Origin: Gammaproteobacteria bacterium
GTDB lineage: Bacteria; Pseudomonadota; Gammaproteobacteria; Steroidobacterales; Woeseiaceae
Length of the DNA: 64,000 bases
NCBI GenBank assembly: GCA_009937605.1
Contig: JAACFG010000001.1
Span: 9,527-73,526 of the forward strand
Reading direction: 5' to 3'
Shown here: positions 31,960 to 43,257 of the stretch, piece after piece
Layout: every line of letters begins with the position of its first letter
How positions within the stretch are numbered: position 1 is the first letter of the stretch
Program-made: the position numbers and the translations under genes
Notes under the pieces: generated by a model
Seen by the model: only the letters and a program-made list of their open reading frames with translations
What the model was told of the DNA's origin: nothing
Database searches by the model: none

Positions 31960-31971
31960 GGGAGTACGAAC

Positions 31972-33666
31972 ATGTCAAATAACACAGAATTTCGCACTTG
32001 CCCGACAACCGGCCTCAAGGTTGACCTGGCGGCTGAAAAGCTGATCAAGGTCAACGCAGTGGCCGCCGTCGTGTTCCTCGCAATCGGTGGGCTCTTCGGC
32101 CTGCTCGTCGCGCTGACGCGCTGGCCCGAGGTGCACTTGCTGCCAGCCGATTTCTTCTACCTGGCCCTGACCGCTCACGGTCTCGACGTCCTGCTGGTCT
32201 GGATCATCTTCTTCGAGATGGCCGTACTCTATTTCGCGTCGGCCGTTCTGCTGGGCAGTCGCCTGGCCGCCCCCAAGTTTGCGTGGGCGGGCTTTGTGCT
32301 AATGCTCGTCGGCGCAGTGATTACGAATATCGTCGTCCTGCAGGGCAAATCGAGCGTGATGTTTACGTCCTATGTACCATTGAAAGCCGAACCGGGCTTT
32401 TATCTCGGCATCATCCTGTTCGCCGTCGGTGCTTTGATCGGCTGCTTCGTGTTCTTCGCCACGCTGGTTGTGGCGCGCCAGGAACGAACCTACCAGGGGT
32501 CGATACCTCTGGTGACGTTTGGCGCCATGACGGCCGCTATCATTGCCGTCTTTACTATCGCATCCGGCGCGATCATCCTGATCCCGACGCTGCTCTGGTC
32601 CCTGGGCTACGTGGCCAACATCGACCCGATTCTCTATAAGACCATCTGGTGGGCCATGGGACACTCGTCGCAGCAAATCAACGTCGCTGCGCACGTGTCC
32701 ATCTGGTACGCGATTGCTGCCATGACCTTCGGCGCCAAACCACTGTCCGAGAAAGTCAGCCGCATGGCGTTTCTGATGTACATCCTGTTCCTGCAGATCG
32801 CCAGTGCTCACCACATGCTGGTGGAACCCGGGTTCAGCTCGGAATGGAAGATCTTCAACACGAGTTACGCCATGTACCTGGCCGTCCTCGGCAGCATGGT
32901 CCATGGCATGACCGTTCCCGGTTCGATCGAAGCGGCCCAGCGCTCGCGCGGCCTGAACAAGGGTATGTTCGAGTGGCTGCGCAAAGCGCCGTGGGGCAAC
33001 CCGGCGTTTGCCGGCATGTTCATGTCGCTCGTGTTCTTCGGGTTTATCGGCGGTATCTCCGGCGTGGTCATGGGAACCGAGCAGATCAACCTGATCATGC
33101 ACAACACGCTCTACGTTCCAGGTCACTTCCATGGCACTGTTGTGGCAGGCACGACGCTCGCGTTCATGGCGATCACCTATTACCTGGTGCCGCTGATCTT
33201 CCGCCGTGAGCTCATGTTCATGAAGCTGGCGAAGCTGCAGCCGTATGTGTTCGGTATCGGTGTTGCCGGCATCTCGGTATTCATGATGGGCGCCGGCACA
33301 CTTGGCGTTTCCCGCCGTCACTGGGACATGCAGTTCGCCGATGCGGTCCTGCCATTCGACTACCCCTCTGCCGCGTTCCTGATGATGGGTCTCAACGGTA
33401 TGTCAGCGGTACTCGCGGCGGTCGGCGGCATCATGTTTGTCGTTGTAGTGGTCGGTTCCGTGTTCTTCGGCCGCAAACTGGAGAAGGACGAGAAGCCGAG
33501 CTATCCGGAAGTGCCACCGCAATCCGCGGCGGTTGCCCAGCACGGCAGCGCTGAGTCCCTGAAGATTCCGGGCACGACGATGCTCGTCGCGATCTTCTTC
33601 ATCGCCTTTGTGCTGTACTACTTCGTTAACTGGAAATACCTGTCGGAGATCTGGCCTCTGAGCTAG
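31972..33666 (+). CDS. Heme-copper oxidase-family subunit I, B-family-like, lacking the cross-linked Tyr (NorS/sNOR-like candidate nitric oxide reductase)
   Basis: All six canonical His are present: H69 (LTAHG), H231 (WWAMGH), H280/H281 (ASAHHM) and H385/H387 (PGHFHG). The H+4 position is Gln235 (HSSQQ), where ba3 has HPIVY. Confidence 0.8.
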   Translation: MSNNTEFRTCPTTGLKVDLAAEKLIKVNAVAAVVFLAIGGLFGLLVALTRWPEVHLLPADFFYLALTAHGLDVLLVWIIFFEMAVLYFASAVLLGSRLAAPKFAWAGFVLMLVGAVITNIVVLQGKSSVMFTSYVPLKAEPGFYLGIILFAVGALIGCFVFFATLVVARQERTYQGSIPLVTFGAMTAAIIAVFTIASGAIILIPTLLWSLGYVANIDPILYKTIWWAMGHSSQQINVAAHVSIWYAIAAMTFGAKPLSEKVSRMAFLMYILFLQIASAHHMLVEPGFSSEWKIFNTSYAMYLAVLGSMVHGMTVPGSIEAAQRSRGLNKGMFEWLRKAPWGNPAFAGMFMSLVFFGFIGGISGVVMGTEQINLIMHNTLYVPGHFHGTVVAGTTLAFMAITYYLVPLIFRRELMFMKLAKLQPYVFGIGVAGISVFMMGAGTLGVSRRHWDMQFADAVLPFDYPSAAFLMMGLNGMSAVLAAVGGIMFVVVVVGSVFFGRKLEKDEKPSYPEVPPQSAAVAQHGSAESLKIPGTTMLVAIFFIAFVLYYFVNWKYLSEIWPLS

Positions 33667-33673
33667 GCAAATA

Positions 33674-34468
33674 ATGGATTATTTCCGTTTGCTTGTAGTC
33701 GTTTGTATCGTGGCCGGCGTTTCTGCCGGCCACGCTGCGACTGGGGCGCAGTCATACGACCGCAAAGACGCGCTCGAGATCAGCCAGGGCGCCATCGGGC
33801 GTGAACTCGACAACTACTCGCTGCGTGACGTCGATGGACAACCGTTTGACCTGGCACGGTTTCGTGGCAAGCCGCTGGTCATCAGTATGATTTACACAAG
33901 CTGTTACCACATCTGCCCGACGATTACCCGCAACCTCGGCGATACTATCGACGTCGCCCAGGAAGCGCTGGGTGAAGATGCGTTCTCCGTAATCACGGTG
34001 GGCTTCGACTGGAAAGTAGACACCCCGGAGCGCATGCGCAGTTTTGCCGCGGGCCTCGGTATGGATGACGTCCCGAACTGGCACTTTCTCGCGACCGAAG
34101 CACTTGTCGTCGACAAGCTAAGCGAAAACCTTGGCTTTTTGTTCTACCCCAGTGCGAAGGGCTTCGATCACCTGGCACAGGCAACCGTCATCGATGCTGA
34201 AGGCGAGATCTATCGCCAGGTGTATGGCGTCGACGTCGAGACCACAGCGATTGTCGAGCCACTCAAGGAACTTGTGTTCAACACACCACGAAGTGCCGGG
34301 TTCATCGAGCACTGGATGAGCACCTTCAGACTGTTCTGCACGGTTTACGATCCGAACAGCGACCGTTATCGCTTCGACTACTCCATTTTCATGGCGATAA
34401 TCGTCGGCGTCCTGTGTCTCGGCATGGTCGCCATATTCATCATCAGGGAATGGCGGCACGCACGCTAG
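33674..34468 (+). CDS. senC: SCO1/SenC-family copper chaperone with an additional C-terminal TM anchor
   Basis: Signal or anchor at the N-terminus. Thioredoxin-fold CxxxC (CYHICP) and a downstream His (GFDHLAQATVID). C-terminal hydrophobic FMAIIVGVLCLGMVAIFII. Confidence 0.8.
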   Translation: MDYFRLLVVVCIVAGVSAGHAATGAQSYDRKDALEISQGAIGRELDNYSLRDVDGQPFDLARFRGKPLVISMIYTSCYHICPTITRNLGDTIDVAQEALGEDAFSVITVGFDWKVDTPERMRSFAAGLGMDDVPNWHFLATEALVVDKLSENLGFLFYPSAKGFDHLAQATVIDAEGEIYRQVYGVDVETTAIVEPLKELVFNTPRSAGFIEHWMSTFRLFCTVYDPNSDRYRFDYSIFMAIIVGVLCLGMVAIFIIREWRHAR

Positions 34469-34475
34469 GAACGAT

Positions 34476-36011
34476 ATGGCATTGATCAAACGTGCCCTGG
34501 CACGCGCGTTCACCAGGTGCGAGGCGGTATTCGAGTACGCGTTCGGCCAGCGAAACAACCCTTTCGTCTGGCTGGGAGCGCTCGGCTGGTATTTCTACTG
34601 GATCGTCGCAGCTACCGGCGTCTACCTGTATATCTTCTTTGACACTGGCGTCACTGATGCCTATGCGTCGGTCGAGTACATCACCAACGAACAGTGGTAC
34701 GCGGCCGGCTTGATGCGCAGCCTGCACCGCTACGCATCCGATGCCCTGGTCGTCGTCATTGTCCTGCACATCTTCCGTGAGTTCGCCCATGATCGCCTGC
34801 GTGGCAGGCGCTTTTTTGCCTGGCTGACCGGCGTGCCGCTGCTCGCCTTTATCTACATCTGCGGCATCAGTGGCTACTGGCTGGTGTGGGACCAACTGGC
34901 ACAGTACATAGCAATAGCAACCACCGAGTGGCTCGACACCTTACCCATGTTTGGTGAGCCCATCGCCAATAACTTCCTCAACAACACCACGCTCGGCGGC
35001 CGCTTCTTCACGCTGATGGTATTCATTCATATCTTTGGGCCGCTGTTCATGCTGCTGTTGATGTGGGTACACATCCAGCGGCACTCCGGCGCGCGGGTGA
35101 ACCCGCCCAAAGAACTGGCAATCGGCACAATGGTCATGCTCGTGGTGCTGTCATTTGTTTACCCGGCCGTCAGCCAGGGTCCGGCCGACCTCGACTTGGT
35201 GCCGACGGACGTCGGACTCGACTGGTTCTACCTCGCTGCGTATCCATTGCTCGACATTGTGCCTGGCGGGCAGCTCTGGCTGTATATCGTCGGTGGCCTC
35301 GTGTTGCTGGCACTGCTTCCCTGGGCGCCACCCGCTAAGCCCGTCAAACCTGCCCTGGTCAATCTCGACAATTGCAACGGCTGTACGCGTTGCTTCGACG
35401 ACTGCCCGTTCGGCGCCATTTCCATGGTGCCGCGTAGTGACGGACGCGCCTATGATGTTGAGCCGGTCGTCAACGCCGCAAACTGCACCAGTTGCGGCAT
35501 ATGTGCCGGATCCTGCCCGACGTCCACACCGTTCCGGCGCGCGGTCCCGATCCAGCCCGGTATCGAACTGCCCGATCGAACGATCGGCGCCTTACGTGAA
35601 GAACTCATTGCGGAACCGGACACAGAAGCCGCGGGACCGCGGGTACTCGTCTTCGGCTGCGACACGAGCAATGTCGATGAATTGCACGGGGACGGCACGC
35701 GCGTGATCAAGCTGCCGTGCGTCGGCATGCTGCCGCCATCTTTCGTCGACTTTGCCCTGTCGCGCCGCTTCGCGGACGGCGTCATGATTGCCGGCTGTGC
35801 CGAGTGCGACTGCTACCATCGCCTGGGCAACGAATGGACCATGGCTCGCATGGCGGGCGAGCGAGATCCATATCTGCGCAAGCGCGTAGATACGCGCCGT
35901 CTGTCATTGAACTGGTTGCCGCGCAATGCGGGACGCCGGCGCAGAAAGGCCCTTGAGGCGTTCCACTCGGCGTTGGCCGGCATTGACCTGAAGGAGACAG
36001 ACGATGAATAG
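34476..36011 (+). CDS. Fusion protein: cytochrome b (N-terminal, di-heme-like) + 2x[4Fe-4S] ferredoxin + MvhD/FlpD-like domain
   Basis: Cytochrome b-like His pairs (RSLHRYASDALVVVIVLHIFREF; FFTLMVFIHIFGPLFMLLLMWVHIQRH). CNGCTRCFDDCP and CTSCGICAGSCP cluster motifs. C-terminal FGCD…KLPCVGML…ADGVMIAGCAECDCYH matches the hydrogenase delta-subunit-like domain. Confidence 0.8.
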   Translation: MALIKRALARAFTRCEAVFEYAFGQRNNPFVWLGALGWYFYWIVAATGVYLYIFFDTGVTDAYASVEYITNEQWYAAGLMRSLHRYASDALVVVIVLHIFREFAHDRLRGRRFFAWLTGVPLLAFIYICGISGYWLVWDQLAQYIAIATTEWLDTLPMFGEPIANNFLNNTTLGGRFFTLMVFIHIFGPLFMLLLMWVHIQRHSGARVNPPKELAIGTMVMLVVLSFVYPAVSQGPADLDLVPTDVGLDWFYLAAYPLLDIVPGGQLWLYIVGGLVLLALLPWAPPAKPVKPALVNLDNCNGCTRCFDDCPFGAISMVPRSDGRAYDVEPVVNAANCTSCGICAGSCPTSTPFRRAVPIQPGIELPDRTIGALREELIAEPDTEAAGPRVLVFGCDTSNVDELHGDGTRVIKLPCVGMLPPSFVDFALSRRFADGVMIAGCAECDCYHRLGNEWTMARMAGERDPYLRKRVDTRRLSLNWLPRNAGRRRRKALEAFHSALAGIDLKETDDE

Positions 36012-36495
36012 ACTCGTACAGGTCGTCCTCTACGCCGCATTTGCGGTGGGCATCGGGTACTTCTCCCTGTCGCCGCCGTACCAGTATGCGGACGAGGAGA
36101 TGGCGTCGATCAAGCTGTCACTCAGCCACGCCGCCAAGCGCGTCGAAGACTGCGTCAAGCTGACACCCGACGAAATCAACAGGCGCGCCCTCGCAGGCGA
36201 GCCGATATCCGAGTGTGGCCGCGAACGCCTGCCGCTGACGATCGAGCTGGAGATAGACGGAGTCATCGTGTTCCGCGATGAGCCGCTGCCGTCAGGCCTG
36301 TGGAGCGACGGCCCGGCATCGGTCTACGAGCGCTTCGAGCTTGCACCCGGCCCCCACATTATTACCGCCAGGCTTCGCGATACCGCGCGCGAGCATGGCT
36401 GGGATTACTCACACAGTGACGAGGTAGTGCTCTTGCCCGGGCGCTATTTCTCGATTACGTTCCGGGCCGAGACGGGAGGTTTCAGGTACCGATGA
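36004..36495 (+). CDS. Hypothetical membrane-anchored protein
   Basis: 8-nt overlap with the upstream gene and an ATGA overlap with the hemerythrin gene. N-terminal TM segment (VVLYAAFAVGIGYF). No recognisable motif. Confidence 0.6.
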   Translation: MNRLVQVVLYAAFAVGIGYFSLSPPYQYADEEMASIKLSLSHAAKRVEDCVKLTPDEINRRALAGEPISECGRERLPLTIELEIDGVIVFRDEPLPSGLWSDGPASVYERFELAPGPHIITARLRDTAREHGWDYSHSDEVVLLPGRYFSITFRAETGGFRYR

Positions 36496-36884
36496 CTTTA
36501 ATAGCCTGGAGAAACGAGTTCAGCGTCGGTGTCGATGCGGTCGATCATGAGCATCGCGAGATGATTGCGCTAATCAATGAGCTCGACGAAGCGATGCAGG
36601 ACGACGCCAGCCAGGCGACCGTCGTCGAAGCACTTGGTGAAATTTATGCCCGGATCTCAGCCCACTTCGCGCTCGAGGAAAAGACGATGCGCGATGCGCG
36701 CTACAGCCAGCTTGCCGAGCACAAGCAGGACCACGAGCAGCTACTCGATGAGCTGCTCGATGTGATTGACAGTGTCGACGATGAAGGCCGCTACGATCGA
36801 GCGGACTTGTCGAGGAGCCTCGACCGCTGGTTTTCGGACCACTTTCGAACACACGATGCCAGGCTGCATCACGAGTTAGGTTGA
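36492..36884 (+). CDS. Bacteriohemerythrin-like di-iron protein
   Basis: Hemerythrin ligand pattern: VDHEHREM, HFALEE, HKQDHEQL, FSDHFRTHDARL. 130 aa. Confidence 0.85.
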   Translation: MTLIAWRNEFSVGVDAVDHEHREMIALINELDEAMQDDASQATVVEALGEIYARISAHFALEEKTMRDARYSQLAEHKQDHEQLLDELLDVIDSVDDEGRYDRADLSRSLDRWFSDHFRTHDARLHHELG

Positions 36885-36934
36885 TCGGTAACGGTCCGAA
36901 TAACACCTTGAAGGAACCAGCCTCCTCAGCGAGG

Positions 36935-36962
36935 GCGACGGTGCTGCAAGCAGCACCGTCGC
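36935..36962. terminator. Bidirectional hairpin between the convergent hemerythrin gene and nirS
   Basis: gcgacggtgctgc-aa-gcagcaccgtcgc: 13-nt perfectly complementary arms. Confidence 0.6.
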
Positions 36963-37008
36963 GGCTGACAGGAGACCAATCGTATTGCGTTTCATGGTCT
37001 CTTTTCCT

Positions 37009-41368
<4,360 letters not shown>

Positions 41369-41430
41369 GTACTTTCCCATGACTCGGGCAGTTCGAATAC
41401 TGAATTGTCCCCCTTTGGTGCGCGGCAACC

Positions 41431-41444
41431 ATGATCTAGGTCAA
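41431..41444. promoter_or_regulatory. FNR/Dnr-type box upstream of the TonB-receptor-nirS transcription unit
   Basis: On the minus strand this reads TTGAC-ctag-ATCAT, with the same CTAG core as the box at 30932. The centre is about 70 bp upstream of the 41368 start codon. Confidence 0.6.
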
Positions 41445-41470
41445 GGCCAAACGGCGGCTTTCACCTAAAT

Positions 41471-42139
41471 TTATGCTCGGGCTATGGCAAATGCGCTGAC
41501 GCTGCTCGCGCCAGCCCGCCGCAATACTCTCGCGAGGTGATGTACAGTCGCGCCGGTCGTGATGACGTCGTCGACGATCAACACGTGTTTCGCGGGCAGT
41601 GAGCTGCGCACAACGAAGGCACCGCGCAGGTTCCGCGCCCGTTCACGAGCACTCAAACCCGACTGAAACGGCGTCGCGCGGACTCTCCTCACGTTGCGCA
41701 GCAACGGTACCCCAAGGTTCTTGGCTACGGGTCCCGCGATCTCGTCTGCCTGGTTGAAGCCGCGCAACCATCGCCGCCGCCAATGGAGCGGCACGGGAAG
41801 AACCGCATCGATGTCATCGGGGAGACGCTGGCATTCCCGACAAAGCAGTTCCGCCAGCCCCGGCCCATAGAAAAGCTTGCGCCGAAACTTCAGCGCCTTG
41901 ATCGCGGCATCCACGGGAAACTCGTAGGCCAGCGGCGCTACGTCGTACACCAGTGGCGATGACACCGGTGGCGGCGGCGAGTTGATTCGCGGCAGGTCCC
42001 CATCGCAACCCTTGCAGACGTATTGCTCAGGAGGCTCGGTTCGTATGCCGCAAAAGACACAGCGCAGCGGCATGACCGCATTCTCCAGGGCTCGCAGTAG
42101 CATGGCGTCAGTATCGGCCGGCCGCCACTGGTCAACCAT
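41471..42139 (-). CDS. comF: ComF-family phosphoribosyltransferase-domain protein
   Basis: N-terminal Cys4 (CVFCG…CKGCDG) and a C-terminal PRTase motif VLIVDDVITTGAT. Confidence 0.85.
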   Translation of the reverse strand: MVDQWRPADTDAMLLRALENAVMPLRCVFCGIRTEPPEQYVCKGCDGDLPRINSPPPPVSSPLVYDVAPLAYEFPVDAAIKALKFRRKLFYGPGLAELLCRECQRLPDDIDAVLPVPLHWRRRWLRGFNQADEIAGPVAKNLGVPLLRNVRRVRATPFQSGLSARERARNLRGAFVVRSSLPAKHVLIVDDVITTGATVHHLARVLRRAGASSVSAFAIARA

Positions 42140-42186
42140 CCGCTAATCGCCGCGGCTTGCCCAGTAAAGCGTGCTACGGTTCGCGC

Positions 42187-43026
42187 ATGCTTCGCCTGCG
42201 AGACATTCAACGCCGCTTCGATTGCGCCGCCGCGACCTTTGACGACAGCGATTTCGTCCACGAGGTGACGCGAGACGGGCTGGCCGCACGCCTGGAACCG
42301 CTGCTGCTCGAGCCGACAACCATTCTCGACCTCGGATCGGCGACGGGTGCCACCGGTCGCCTGCTCCGCAAGCGTTTTAAGCGAGCTCACATTGTCTCCC
42401 TGGACCTCAGTCAGCCAATGCTCAAACAGGGACAACGGCAAAAGTCGTGGTTTTCGCGAGCTTCGTTCGTCCAGGGCGATGCCAGTCACCTGCCATTCGC
42501 GGATTCCTCTTTCGACATGGTTGTCACCAACCAGTTGCTGCCCTGGGCGCCGGAGTTGCAGCCCGTGCTTGAGGAGGTCGCCCGTGTGTTGGTACCGGGC
42601 GGGGTCTTCGCTTTCGCCACGCTCGGGCCCGATAGCCTGCGGGAAGTTGCACAAGCCTGGGCGAGTGTTGACAGTGGCATTCATGTCAATCGCTTTGCGG
42701 ACATGCATGACCTCGGTGACGGCCTCGTCAGGGCCGGATTGAGCGATCCGGTACTCGATGTTGACCGCCTGAGTGTTTGCTACGAAAGCGCTGACAAGCT
42801 GTTCGCGGACCTGACCCGGGCTGGAGCGCGGAACGCCCTTGCTGACCGCGCGCGCGGCCTGACAGGACGCCGCTCATTTGCCGCCATGGCCGCCGCGCTG
42901 GCTGATTCGCAGGGCAAAATCACGCTGGAACTGGAGCTCGTTTACGGCCATTGCTGGGGCGCGGGCCCCAAAAATGACCCCGAAAACTACCGAATTGACG
43001 CAAATCAGATTCCGAGGCGTCGCTAA
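42187..43026 (+). CDS. bioC: Malonyl-ACP O-methyltransferase (SAM-dependent, BioC-like)
   Basis: IQRRFDCAAATFDDSDF…ILDLGSATG (SAM motif I)…SFDMVVTNQLLPW. ATG at 42187 preferred over the TTG at 42157. Confidence 0.7.
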   Translation: MLRLRDIQRRFDCAAATFDDSDFVHEVTRDGLAARLEPLLLEPTTILDLGSATGATGRLLRKRFKRAHIVSLDLSQPMLKQGQRQKSWFSRASFVQGDASHLPFADSSFDMVVTNQLLPWAPELQPVLEEVARVLVPGGVFAFATLGPDSLREVAQAWASVDSGIHVNRFADMHDLGDGLVRAGLSDPVLDVDRLSVCYESADKLFADLTRAGARNALADRARGLTGRRSFAAMAAALADSQGKITLELELVYGHCWGAGPKNDPENYRIDANQIPRRR

Positions 43027-43257
43027 GCTCTTGTTAAATAAGATTTAATCTCAACAAGAATCCGGGGCTCAGCATTGCATGGCTGTCGCGATTTCAGTAA
43101 ACTGCGCGAGCTTTTTTGACCGGCACGGCGGTCAAACCGGCCGAAAAGCGAATCTCCGGCATGACCGGGCCAGCAGGACGCTGGCGATCCCAGTATTCGC
43201 GACTTCCGGAAATTGAAATGATTGCGATCGTGGCGACGGTTGCAGGGTGGACAAGTA

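Noticed and set aside
36877-36995. 39-codon minus-strand ORF just downstream of nirS (MKRNTIGLLSAATVLLAAPS…) with an AAGGA RBS and a signal-peptide-like start
   Set aside because: The hydrophobic stretch is encoded by the terminator hairpin arms. The rest (…SLRRLVPSRCYSDRYRST) is not protein-like and overlaps the hemerythrin 3' end. It is most likely fortuitous.
43116-43135. TTGAC-N10-GTCAA upstream of coxB, which resembles the Dnr/FNR half-sites
   Set aside because: The spacing is 10 rather than 4 nt, so it is not an FNR-family site. It is simply a 7-bp hairpin (ttgaccg…cggtcaa) without a following T-tract.
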